Shown piece by piece: positions 1 to 8,627 of a stretch of 64,000 bases of DNA; within the stretch, counting starts at the first letter, position 1, and each line of letters begins with the position of its first letter. This stretch comes from Candidatus Limnocylindria bacterium. GTDB lineage: Bacteria; Chloroflexota; Limnocylindria; QHBO01. A program made the position numbers and the translations under genes. The notes under the pieces were generated by a model, which saw only the letters and a list, made by a program, of their open reading frames with translations, was not told the origin of the DNA and ran no database searches. The stretch lies in assembly GCA_036556325.1 (NCBI GenBank), contig DATBJR010000048.1, positions 299 to 64,298 on the forward strand, written 5' to 3'.

Positions 1-1751
1 AGGCTATCACCGGCCCCGAGATGGCCGGCCGCCGTCTCCAGCTCACGAATGGTCCGCCGCTCGGCGTCGGCCTCGGCGGCCGCCGCCTGCATCCCGCCGT
101 CGCCCTCGAACGTGGCTTGCAGCGTCGGCGGCGCGCTGAGGTCCAGGGAACGCGCGGCCGCGGCGATGGCGCCGCGCTGGTGCAGCACGGAGGTGGCCGC
201 TTCCAATGCCGCTCGGGCATCGTCGAACTGCCACAGCCCCATCTCGTGCCGGATCGACGCCGGCAGCTCCCAGTCGCCGGCGGCTGCCACCACCTGCGCG
301 TAGCGCTGCCGGGCCGACTCGCGCTCGGCCAGCAGCGGGAGCTGCTGGTCGTCCACGATCCAGCGCCGCCAGAGGTCGCTGTAGTCGTCGCCGCTGCGCT
401 CCTCCAGCAGGTCCAGCAGCCGCTGCCAGCCCTCGACGTCGAAGGCCACGTGTGCCGGCGCTGGTGGGGCGTGGTGGATCGGCAGGTAGGCCTCCTGGTC
501 GGCGTCGGCGGCCTCCCAGACGAGCCGCAGGTCGGCGTTGCCGGCTCGCGCCGCGATCTCACGGGCGACTTCGTACGTCGCCGCGTAGGCGAAATCCTCA
601 ACCTCGAGCGACTCGACCCCGATCGCCCCCCAGTCGTTCAGCGGGATCTTCGAGCGCAGCATCGTGTCGGTCAGCACCGGGGTGCGGCCGTGGGCGCCGA
701 GGTGGGCGACGGCCCGGGCGGCGTAGTACTCGGCCCAGGCCTCGCCGATCCATCGATCCTTGAAGAGGGTGGCGTTGAACCAGATGTGGGCGGCCTCGTG
801 GAGCGTGACGACCGCATCGGCGTCGTAACGGATCTGGATGAGGCTGACGTCCGGGTCGTAGATCCCGGCGTACTCGCCCAGCCGCGAGGTTGCCGCTTCC
901 TCGACGGTCAGCGACCTGGGCTCCTGGCCGGGATAGTCGAACCCGATGAGCTTGCCGAGCACCGGCAGGCCGCGACGCATCAGGTTGGTGACGCGCCGCC
1001 CCCAGGACGGATCGTCATCCCAGCTGCGCACCAGCACGGAGGTGCTGACGCCGTTGACGTCCACGCGCGTGCTCGTGTTGGCGAAGGCGCCGGGCCGATC
1101 GGCGGTGACGTAGGCGAAGAAGCGCACCGGATCGCTGGGGCTGGCGCTGAGCCGGATGCCGCCCCCGGCGGCATGGCCCTGCTGCATCGGCTCGCCCTGG
1201 ACGTCCGGGGTGTAGCCATCGGGCAGGTCGACGCTGACGCTGCTGCCTGACTCGCCCTCGGTGCCGAAGGCCCATACCGGGAAGGCGGCCAGGCTGGAGC
1301 CGATGCGCAGGTCGCGCGTGCCTTTGCCGCCCGCGTCGACCAGGTCGAACCGCACCGTGTAGGCGTAGCTTTGGCGGTAGAAGATCCCGCGGCCGAAGCT
1401 GACGCTGATGACCGAGAAATCGTCCTCGCGCCGGCTGACGGAGGCGCCGATGCCCTGGCCTCCGGACGTCGCACTCACGTTGGCGGCGCCGGGCTGCACC
1501 GCGAAGTTGACGCCGGTGTAGTACGTCTGACCCGCGGTAGTGTCTGGCTCGAGCGAGGTCGCCACCGCGTCGACGGTGACGTGGACGACGTGCGCCGCGG
1601 GCTCGACCACGTAGCGCGTCTGGGCCACGACCACCAGCCCACCGCGTGCCGCCGCCGCGGGTGGTGGCGAGGCGCACAGCAGCAGCAGGATGACGGGCAG
1701 TGCTGCTGCCAGGCGGCTCAACCGGGAGGTGGCGCGTGGACGGGCGGGCAT
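1..1751 (-). CDS. Secreted zinc metallopeptidase (gluzincin, M1/peptidase-MA-like); C-terminus cut by window edge
   Basis: This frame is not in the supplied ORF track because it has no stop inside the window. My reverse-complement translation from the ATG (1751-1749) gives the signal peptide MPARPRATSRLSRLAAALPVILLLLCASPPPAAAARG. It also gives VTLHEAAHIWFNATLFKDRWIGEAWAEYYA, i.e. HExxH plus a downstream Glu motif. The frame stays open to position 1, and G/C dominates third codon positions. Confidence 0.8.
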   Translation of the reverse strand, partial: MPARPRATSRLSRLAAALPVILLLLCASPPPAAAARGGLVVVAQTRYVVEPAAHVVHVTVDAVATSLEPDTTAGQTYYTGVNFAVQPGAANVSATSGGQGIGASVSRREDDFSVISVSFGRGIFYRQSYAYTVRFDLVDAGGKGTRDLRIGSSLAAFPVWAFGTEGESGSSVSVDLPDGYTPDVQGEPMQQGHAAGGGIRLSASPSDPVRFFAYVTADRPGAFANTSTRVDVNGVSTSVLVRSWDDDPSWGRRVTNLMRRGLPVLGKLIGFDYPGQEPRSLTVEEAATSRLGEYAGIYDPDVSLIQIRYDADAVVTLHEAAHIWFNATLFKDRWIGEAWAEYYAARAVAHLGAHGRTPVLTDTMLRSKIPLNDWGAIGVESLEVEDFAYAATYEVAREIAARAGNADLRLVWEAADADQEAYLPIHHAPPAPAHVAFDVEGWQRLLDLLEERSGDDYSDLWRRWIVDDQQLPLLAERESARQRYAQVVAAAGDWELPASIRHEMGLWQFDDARAALEAATSVLHQRGAIAAAARSLDLSAPPTLQATFEGDGGMQAAAAEADAERRTIRELETAAGHLGAGDS

Positions 1752-1774
1752 TGGACCGCAGTATGCCGGACAGC

Positions 1775-1805
1775 AAAACGCCCGCTCCGGGCGGCGGAGC
1801 GGGCG
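1775..1805 (-). terminator. Intrinsic terminator downstream of trxA
   Basis: Perfect 10-bp stem: CGCCCGCTCC (1779-1788) pairs with GGAGCGGGCG (1796-1805). The loop is 7 nt. On the minus strand, TTTT follows (1778-1775). Confidence 0.7.
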
Positions 1806-1826
1806 TGGTGGGGTGAGCCGCCGGGA

Positions 1827-2165
1827 TCAGGCGCTCTGTGCCAGGGCGTCCAGGCCGAAGGCCTGCTCCAGCTGCTCGGCCGGCCGGAATCCGACTGCCG
1901 CGCGGGGCGGCTGCCCCGGGGCGAAGTAGGCCACGGTGGGGATGCTCATGATCCCGTAGTGCATGGCGGTGTGCGGGTTCGCGTCCACGTCGAGCTTCAT
2001 GACCTCGACGCTGCCGGCGTACTTCTCGGCGAGCTTGTCGATCTCGGGCGCCACCAGGCGACACGGACCGCACCAGGCGGCCCAGAAATCGACGATGACC
2101 GGCTTCTCGTTGTTGAGCACCAGCTCCTCGAAGTTGGCGTCGGTCACTTCGCGTGCGTTCGACAT
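1827..2165 (-). CDS. trxA: Thioredoxin
   Basis: 112 aa with the canonical WCGPC active site (VDFWAAWCGPCR) and a thioredoxin-length fold. Confidence 0.97.
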   Translation of the reverse strand: MSNAREVTDANFEELVLNNEKPVIVDFWAAWCGPCRLVAPEIDKLAEKYAGSVEVMKLDVDANPHTAMHYGIMSIPTVAYFAPGQPPRAAVGFRPAEQLEQAFGLDALAQSA

Positions 2166-2197
2166 GGGTTCTGAATGGTTCCTTTCTGTGCGCCGAC

Positions 2198-2509
2198 CTA
2201 GCGGGCGACCTTCTGCAACAGCCGATAGACCTCGAGGACGCCTGGATCCGCGAGCCGATAGAACACGGTGTTGCCCTCACGCCGGCTGGCCACGATGCCC
2301 GCACTGCGCAGCACCGCGAGGTGCTGGCTCATGTTGGGGACCTGGCAGCCGACATCGCGCGACAGCTCGCTGACCGATCGTTCCCCGTCGGCCAGCCGCT
2401 CCACGACGCAGAGCCGTTTGGCGTCGGCCAGTGCCCTGGCCACGGCCGCACTGCGATCGCGCATCGTGTCAGTGTCGAGGACCGCTTCCATCGAGGTCCA
2501 TTGTGTCAC
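2198..2509 (-). CDS. ArsR/SmtB-family transcriptional regulator
   Basis: 103 aa with a winged-helix signature: ERSVSELSRDVGCQVPNMSQHLAVLRSAGIVASRREGNTVFYRL. It lies 32 nt upstream of trxA on the same strand, so an operon is likely. The start is GTG 2509; ATG 2490 is possible. Confidence 0.9.
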   Translation of the reverse strand: MTQWTSMEAVLDTDTMRDRSAAVARALADAKRLCVVERLADGERSVSELSRDVGCQVPNMSQHLAVLRSAGIVASRREGNTVFYRLADPGVLEVYRLLQKVAR

Positions 2510-2512
2510 TGG

Positions 2513-2532
2513 TTGCGCAAGTACGCAAGTAC
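2513..2532. promoter_or_regulatory. Palindrome TTGCGCAA overlapping tandem GCAAGTAC x2 (candidate ArsR operator)
   Basis: TTGCGCAA (2513-2520) is self-complementary. GCAAGTAC repeats at 2517-2524 and 2525-2532. The element sits in the 100-nt divergent region between the ArsR gene and the zinc-ribbon ORF. Confidence 0.3.
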
Positions 2533-2609
2533 CCGGTCCGCCAACATTGGCCGGAGGACGGCCGCTTTGCGACAGGCTAGGTGTCGCGCGCCACGCTCAG
2601 GATCGACGC

Positions 2610-2768
2610 ATGAGCATTCAGATGACCTGTCCCTGGTGCATGGACGAAGCGGAGTTCGTGGTGGACGAGGCCGACGAGGAGCTCGTCTGTGGCTCGTGCG
2701 CCACCCACACGGCGTTCGCGCCCGACCCGGCCGTTACCTACGACCTGTTGTACGCAGCGGCCGCCTGA
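2610..2768 (+). CDS. Small zinc-ribbon protein (52 aa), function unknown
   Basis: MSIQMTCPWCMDEAEFVVDEADEELVCGSCATHT... carries CxxC-X16-CxxC and has GC-rich third positions. The longer track ORF (2268..2768) overlaps the ArsR gene antisense, so I use the internal ATG at 2610. A strong hairpin follows at 2816..2849. Confidence 0.55.
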   Translation: MSIQMTCPWCMDEAEFVVDEADEELVCGSCATHTAFAPDPAVTYDLLYAAAA

Positions 2769-2815
2769 ATCGCCACGACGGCCACGGCGCTCCCCGCGTG
2801 GGCCGGCGTGCGAAC

Positions 2816-2849
2816 GAATGGCCCGCCGGTCTCGCCCGGCGGGCCATTC
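2816..2849. terminator. Strong GC hairpin between convergent genes (bidirectional terminator candidate)
   Basis: Perfect 14-bp stem: GAATGGCCCGCCGG (2816-2829) pairs with CCGGCGGGCCATTC (2836-2849). The loop is 6 nt. There is no clear U-tract. Confidence 0.6.
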
Positions 2850-2861
2850 CTGTGGCACGGG

Positions 2862-3413
2862 TCAGATCCCAGCCGCACCCATCCTGGCGCGCCGCCAGGC
2901 GACCATGCCGAAGGCCCCGGCGATGACGGCCAGCGCGCCAAGGAAGCCGATCGCGGCCAGCAGGGCGGGCTGCAGGCCAACGGTCGTGCCAGCTGTCGCT
3001 GCGGCCCCCCGCCCCTGACCACCGACGCTGATCGGATTGAAGTTCACCGGGACGACCTCGAGGTCGTGGCGGATCTCCAGCGCCCAGCTGCCTGCCGCCG
3101 GCACGGTGAGCTCCGCGGTCCAGTGGCCGGTGGCACCGGACGGCACGGCGTCCGCGGTCACCCGCGCGCCGGATTCCGCATTGACGAGCTGGACCACCGG
3201 CTGGCCCCAGTCGACCGGCGTCACGCCGTGCTGCAGCAGGGTGAAGCCCACCACCAGCGTTCCGCCCTCCCCCGGATCGGCTGGCTGCTGGTCGAGCGTC
3301 GCGCTGGCCCAGCCGCCGGCGAGGGCGGTCGAGGCGATGAGCAGGGTCAGGGTTGCGGCGGCCGCCAGCGCGGCGAGCGCGCGGTGCCTTGCGGTGCGTG
3401 CCATCGGCTCCAC
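2862..3413 (-). CDS. Exported protein with N-terminal signal peptide and C-terminal TM anchor, unknown function
   Basis: 183 aa. N-terminus ALAALAAAATLTLLIASTALAGG. The central region looks beta-rich and Ig-like. The C-terminus is ALLAAIGFLGALAVIAGAFGMVAWRRAR, a TM segment plus basic tail. Confidence 0.7.
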   Translation of the reverse strand: MEPMARTARHRALAALAAAATLTLLIASTALAGGWASATLDQQPADPGEGGTLVVGFTLLQHGVTPVDWGQPVVQLVNAESGARVTADAVPSGATGHWTAELTVPAAGSWALEIRHDLEVVPVNFNPISVGGQGRGAAATAGTTVGLQPALLAAIGFLGALAVIAGAFGMVAWRRARMGAAGI

Positions 3414-3438
3414 TCCATGCGGGGGTTGTGTGCCGTGA

Positions 3439-5634
3439 TTACCCCGCCTGCGCCGGCCTGGTTCCCGGCCCGGCTGCCAGCTCGTCGGGCAGTGGCACGC
3501 CGAGGTGCGTGAGGAGATGGGCGACCGTTCGCGCGTCCCTGGTACGGAGCCCGTCCGGCGTCCTCGGGCGGTGCCGGTCGGCGGGCAGGATGACGAGCTC
3601 GACCTGACGACCGGCCGCCTGCAGCGCCGCCGTCAGCCGAATCGAGTGGCGCAGGTGGACGTTCTCGTCGATCGCCCCGTGGATGAGGAGCAGTGACTCC
3701 GGCAGCTCCGCGGCGCGCGGCAACGGGCTCGACCGCTCGTAGGCGGCTGGGTCGGTGTTCGGATCACCGAGGTAGCGCTCGGTGTAGGCGGTGTCGTAGC
3801 CCGCCTGGTCGGTGACCGGTGCCACCGCGACGCCGGCGCCGAAGACCTCCGGGTGCTGGATGAGGCACATGAGGGTCATGAAGCCGCCGTAGCTCGTGCC
3901 GGTGATCGCCACGTGTCCGGCGTCGATCTCCCCGGCATCGGCCAGCTGGCGTACCGCGGCGACCTGGTCGGCGACTTCGACCGAGCCCAGGTGGCCGGCG
4001 ATCGCGCCCTCGAAGGCGAGCCCCCGACCAGCGGCCCCACGATTGTCGACGACGAGCACCGCCACGCCGCACTGGGCGAGGTACTGGCGCAGTCCCTCCT
4101 GGCTGACGTACCACGACCGGGTCACGTACTGGAAATGCGGACCGCCGTACACCCAGACGACGCACGGCGGCGGCGTGGCCGCGGGCTGGGCGGGACGATA
4201 GAGCGCCGCGTCCAGCCGGGTTGAACCGTCGCCCGCCACGAGCCGGAACAGGCTCGGGGCGCGAATGCCAAGTGATTCGGCGGTTTCGCTGGCGCGGTGC
4301 ACGACGACGACGGCATCGCCATCCCGGTGCCGGAGGACCACCTCCGGGGAGCGTTCCGCGGTCGACCAGGTGTCCACCCAGCGCATGCCGTCATGGCTGA
4401 CGACGACCTCGTGCCACCCTGCTTCGGCGCTGAGCCGCGCCGGCCGGGTGATCGGCTCAGCCGCATGCAGCGAAACGGCATACAGGTGCCGCTCGACCGC
4501 CCCGTCCAGCGTGCCGATGAAGAGCACCTCGCCGCGCCGCTCGTCGACATGCACGACCTGCGTGACCATCCATTCGCCGGCGGTGAGGACCGGCCCGGCG
4601 CCGCCATCGGCCGCGCGAAGCTCGAGGTGCCGGAAGCCGCTGCGCTCCGTGGTACGCAGGATGCGGCCGTCGCGGAGGAGGCGGGTGTCGTGGTCGAGGT
4701 TGATCCACGGGCTGGCAGCCTCCGTCCACAGCTCCCGCGCCTGGCCCGATGGAGTGACGCGCAGCCAGCGCAGCGTTCGCTGGTCCCGTGGCAGAAGGGC
4801 CACCAGCCAGCCACCGGACGGCTCCGCGACGACCCTCGCCAGGTAACCGTCGCCGATCTCCAGCGGAACGTCCACTCCGCCATCTCCGGCGCCGGCGGCG
4901 ACCACCCGCAGGCTGACCTGCGCGTTTGGTCCGCCGGCGAACGGGTACCGATGCTCCTCATGCTCGGGTCGCGGAGCGCCGAGGTGGGCGATCACGAATG
5001 GCGGCACGTGGCGCTCGTCGACGTGGGTGTACGCGAGCGCGGAGCCGTCGCGGTTCCACCACATGCCGTCGAAGCGATCCAGCTCCTCGGCGGCCGCGTA
5101 GTCGGCGAGGCCGTTGAAGATGCCCGGCGCGGCGTCCCGGCTCAGGCGTCGCGGCTGGCTGCCGTCCAACGGCGTCATCCACACGTCGCCGTCCGCGACG
5201 TACGCGACCCGGCCGCCGTCGGGGGCAATCGTTGCAGCGGACACGCCGTGGATGCCCGGCAGGGCCTGGGCCGCCGCGCCATCGAGCGAGACGAGGAGCT
5301 CGCCGCCGAGGGGGACGACGATCGTCGGTCGGGCAGCCCCGTCGGCCCAGGCGTAGTCGGTGACGCCCAGCTCGCTGGTCCGGGTGCGCTCCCGGCGCAG
5401 CTGCTCTTCCAGTGAGAGCGAGGCCTCCTCCTCGGTCTCGGGCAGCGGGCTGGCGATGACCCGCCGCTCGTCGGTGGCCAGGTCGTGCCACCACAGCGAG
5501 CGGACCAGCGTGCCCTCCGCGCTGTGGAGGTAGGTCAGCGTGCCGCCGTCGGGGCTGAACCGGATGGAGCCGGGGACCGCGGTGCCGGGGTAGGGAAGGT
5601 GCGAGATGTCGGCGAGCGTCAGGCGACGTGCCAC
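3439..5634 (-). CDS. S9-family serine peptidase (dipeptidyl aminopeptidase / prolyl oligopeptidase-like)
   Basis: The C-terminal catalytic domain has GTSYGG (nucleophile elbow), IHGAIDENV and a beta-propeller-like N-terminal half. The track ORF runs to 5865 but overlaps the cyclophilin gene, so I trimmed it to the in-frame GTG at 5634 (VARRLTLADISHL), 7 nt after the upstream stop. Confidence 0.9.
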   Translation of the reverse strand: MARRLTLADISHLPYPGTAVPGSIRFSPDGGTLTYLHSAEGTLVRSLWWHDLATDERRVIASPLPETEEEASLSLEEQLRRERTRTSELGVTDYAWADGAARPTIVVPLGGELLVSLDGAAAQALPGIHGVSAATIAPDGGRVAYVADGDVWMTPLDGSQPRRLSRDAAPGIFNGLADYAAAEELDRFDGMWWNRDGSALAYTHVDERHVPPFVIAHLGAPRPEHEEHRYPFAGGPNAQVSLRVVAAGAGDGGVDVPLEIGDGYLARVVAEPSGGWLVALLPRDQRTLRWLRVTPSGQARELWTEAASPWINLDHDTRLLRDGRILRTTERSGFRHLELRAADGGAGPVLTAGEWMVTQVVHVDERRGEVLFIGTLDGAVERHLYAVSLHAAEPITRPARLSAEAGWHEVVVSHDGMRWVDTWSTAERSPEVVLRHRDGDAVVVVHRASETAESLGIRAPSLFRLVAGDGSTRLDAALYRPAQPAATPPPCVVWVYGGPHFQYVTRSWYVSQEGLRQYLAQCGVAVLVVDNRGAAGRGLAFEGAIAGHLGSVEVADQVAAVRQLADAGEIDAGHVAITGTSYGGFMTLMCLIQHPEVFGAGVAVAPVTDQAGYDTAYTERYLGDPNTDPAAYERSSPLPRAAELPESLLLIHGAIDENVHLRHSIRLTAALQAAGRQVELVILPADRHRPRTPDGLRTRDARTVAHLLTHLGVPLPDELAAGPGTRPAQAG

Positions 5635-5641
5635 TGGCTCG

Positions 5642-6148
<507 letters not shown>

Positions 6149-6201
6149 CGGTTCTCCCGCGGTGTGGGTGTGGGAGGGCCGATGCTAACCGAGCCCCGCC
6201 G

Positions 6202-6840
6202 TCAGTGCTCGATGTCGAACACCAGGCGCGACGGGTCGTGCAGGCTCAGGAGCCGGACGCAGGCGTCGCCGGTCAGGCCGAAATACCAGGTGCTGACCGC
6301 CTCGAAGTCGCCGCCCTCGATGAGCTCGGCGAGCTTGGGAAAGCCCGGCGTGAAATCGGTCTTGGTCAGCACCGCGTTGCCCTTGAGGTCGACACGGCTG
6401 GCGTCGGGCATGACGAGCTGCCAGAAGGCACTGCCCTCAACGTCGAGCTCCCTGCCGCTGGCATCCTCGAGCAGCGGTGGGGTGGCCTCCTTCAGGGTGA
6501 ACGCGGGCACGCCGCTGGCGAACTCGAAGACCACCCGGTCGTAGCCCGCGTGGGTGCCGACTCGCACGTCGACGAGCTGAGCACGTTGCACGCTGGCCTT
6601 GCCCTTGACCGGGAAGTCGCAGCTGAAATCGCCGAGATCGGCGGTTGGCTGCGCCGTCGGCTGGCTGCTGCCCGACGCCACCGCCGAAGGCGTGGCGGGC
6701 GAGCTCGCCGAGGTGGCGGCCGTCGGCGTTCCAGCCGTCGCGGGCGCGACGCCCTGGCACGCGGCAAGGGCGATGACCAGGGTCGCGGTGGCGAGGCTGG
6801 AGATGGTGCGGCGGGCGGTGTTCACGGGCGGCGGCTCCAT
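6202..6840 (-). CDS. Lipoprotein, unknown function
   Basis: Lipobox in LATATLVIALAAC, followed by an Ala/Thr/Ser/Pro linker and a globular domain. I chose the start at the internal ATG (MEPPPVNTARR); ATG 6873 is the alternative. Confidence 0.75.
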   Translation of the reverse strand: MEPPPVNTARRTISSLATATLVIALAACQGVAPATAGTPTAATSASSPATPSAVASGSSQPTAQPTADLGDFSCDFPVKGKASVQRAQLVDVRVGTHAGYDRVVFEFASGVPAFTLKEATPPLLEDASGRELDVEGSAFWQLVMPDASRVDLKGNAVLTKTDFTPGFPKLAELIEGGDFEAVSTWYFGLTGDACVRLLSLHDPSRLVFDIEH

Positions 6841-6901
6841 GCGATTGGGGAGGGACCGCACTTGGCGCGGCATCCCCCTAACGCACCATCGAGGCCCGCT
6901 G

Positions 6902-8143
6902 TTACGCGGATGCGGCCGCGATGCGGTCCGTCAGCAGCCGCTGCTCGGCCGGATTGTCGGTGAGCTGCAGCGCGCGCCGATCCGCCTCGAGCGCTTCGGC
7001 GTTCCGGCCGAGCCGGCGCAACAGCTCTCCGCGCGCGGCATGGAACAGGTGATAGCCGTCCAACCGGTCGACCAGCGGCTCGACCGCCGCCAGGCCGGCC
7101 CGCGGCCCCTCGAGCTCCGCCACCGCCAGGGCGCGGTTCAAGGCCACGACCGGCGACGGGTGGATGGCATGCAGCCGGTCGTAGAGTGCAACGATCTCGG
7201 CCCAATCGGTGTCGGCATAGCGAGGCGCGGCGGCATGGACCGCGACGATGGCGGCCTGCAGCTGATATGGCCCCGCGCGGCCGATGCGCTGGGCACGCTC
7301 GAGCAGCCGCCGGGCGTCGGCGATCGTGGCGGCGTCCCACCCGCCACGATCCTGGTCCTTGAGCAGCACGATCGAGCCGTCGGCCGCGAAGCGGGCGCTT
7401 GCCCGCGCCAGGTGCAGCCGCATGAGGGCCAGCAGGCCCATTGGCTCAGGCTCGTCCGGCATCAGGCGCACGACGAGGGACGTGAGCCACTCTGCGTCGC
7501 CGGCCAGGTCCCGGCGCTCGGCGACGTCGCCGGCGGTGGCGAGATAGCCCTCGTTGAAGATCAGGTACAGCACCGACAGGATCTCGCCCAGCCGCGGCGG
7601 GAGCTCCGCGAGCTCTGGCACCCGGTACGGGATGGCGGCGTCGCGGATCTTGCGCTTCGCGCGCACGATGCGCTGCGCGATCGTGGCCTCTGGCACCAGG
7701 AAGGCGCGGGCCACGGATCGGGTGTCCAGCCCGCCGATCGTCCGCAGGGTGAGGGCCACCTGCGCCTCGCGGCTGAGGGCGGGGTGGCAGCAGGTGAAGA
7801 TCAGCCGCAGTCGGTCGTCAGCCTCGAGCGGCCCACCGGTTGGAATCGGCCTGTCCATCTGCGTCGCCTCCGCCGTCAGCAGGGCCAGCCGTTCGCGGTA
7901 GCGCGCCTGTCGGCGCAGCCGGTCCACGGCGCGGCGCCGGGCCGTGGTCATCAGCCAGGCGCCGGGGTTGTCCGGAATGCCCGCTCGGGGCCAGTGCTCC
8001 AGGGCGGCAACGGCGGCGTCCTGGACGAGCTCCTCGGCCAGGTCCCAGTCGCCGATGATCCGGACCAGCGCGCCGGTGAGGCGGACGCGCTCCTCGCGGA
8101 GCACGGCCTCGAGCGAGGCGTCGACGCCGGGCCGTTCCGCCAA
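6902..8143 (-). CDS. ECF sigma factor with long C-terminal TPR-like extension (ECF42-type)
   Basis: 413 aa. Region 2 reads DLAEELVQDAAVAALEHW. Region 4 reads LGGLDTRSVARAFLVPEATIAQRIVRAKRKI. A C-terminal extension of about 230 aa follows. No anti-sigma gene is adjacent, and a YCII/DGPF gene lies 5 nt upstream. Confidence 0.9.
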   Translation of the reverse strand: MAERPGVDASLEAVLREERVRLTGALVRIIGDWDLAEELVQDAAVAALEHWPRAGIPDNPGAWLMTTARRRAVDRLRRQARYRERLALLTAEATQMDRPIPTGGPLEADDRLRLIFTCCHPALSREAQVALTLRTIGGLDTRSVARAFLVPEATIAQRIVRAKRKIRDAAIPYRVPELAELPPRLGEILSVLYLIFNEGYLATAGDVAERRDLAGDAEWLTSLVVRLMPDEPEPMGLLALMRLHLARASARFAADGSIVLLKDQDRGGWDAATIADARRLLERAQRIGRAGPYQLQAAIVAVHAAAPRYADTDWAEIVALYDRLHAIHPSPVVALNRALAVAELEGPRAGLAAVEPLVDRLDGYHLFHAARGELLRRLGRNAEALEADRRALQLTDNPAEQRLLTDRIAAASA

Positions 8144-8148
8144 CGCGC

Positions 8149-8499
8149 TCAGCCCGGGTTGTCCACCACGGGCCGGATCTCGAGGATGTCCGGCGCCGGC
8201 CAGCCGGAGACGAGGCGAATGGCGGCGTCCAGGTCCGGCACGTCGATGATCGCGTAGCCGCCCACGGCCTCCTTGCCCTCGATGAACGGCCCGTCGGTGA
8301 CGGTTGTGCCGCCGTCGCGCGCGACGCGAACGGTGGTCGCGGTCTCGACCGGCTGGAGCTGGTGCCCATCCACGATTTCACCGGCCGCTGCGTGCTCGTT
8401 CCACCACTCGGCGACCCGCCCGTACAGCGCCTGCTGGCCGTCGGCGTCCAGGTGGTCCCAGCCCTCTGCGGTGTTGGCGATGAGGACCATGTATTTCAT
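8149..8499 (-). CDS. YCII-related (DGPF-domain) protein
   Basis: MKYMVLIAN...VTDGPFIEGKEAVGGYAIIDV contains the DGPF motif. A GGAGGT RBS lies 8 nt upstream of ATG 8499. The longer track start (8589) has an Arg-rich, non-coding-looking N-terminus. Confidence 0.9.
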   Translation of the reverse strand: MKYMVLIANTAEGWDHLDADGQQALYGRVAEWWNEHAAAGEIVDGHQLQPVETATTVRVARDGGTTVTDGPFIEGKEAVGGYAIIDVPDLDAAIRLVSGWPAPDILEIRPVVDNPG

Positions 8500-8550
8500 T
8501 GACCGATACCTCCATGCGCGGCGTGGCCGCCCGGTCACGCTCATTCTGAC

Positions 8551-8577
8551 GACGATCTGCCGTCCGCGGAATCGACG
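8551..8577 (-). promoter_or_regulatory. Candidate ECF-type promoter (CGTCGA-N17-CGTC) upstream of the YCII-sigma operon
   Basis: The minus strand reads CGTCGA (8577-8572), then 17 nt, then CGTC (8554-8551), about 50 nt upstream of ATG 8499. It resembles the TGTCGA...CGTC motif I recall for ECF42; that recollection is unverified. Confidence 0.3.
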
Positions 8578-8615
8578 CCGCCGCGCCATGGCGCATGGGT
8601 TGCCCGCCGGTCGGC

Positions 8616-8621
8616 GACAAT
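8616..8621 (+). promoter_or_regulatory. -10-like GACAAT, 6 nt before ATG 8628 (leaderless-type)
   Basis: Hexamer and spacing read directly from the sequence. Confidence 0.35.
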
Positions 8622-8627
8622 GACGCC

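Noticed and set aside
21-2304. Track ORFs 21..1250(+) and 1015..2304(-), 409 and 429 aa
   Set aside because: Both are Arg/Gly/Pro-rich with no motifs. The real gene is a third frame on the minus strand (1..1751), carrying a signal peptide and an HExxH zinc site. It is missing from the track because it has no stop inside the window.
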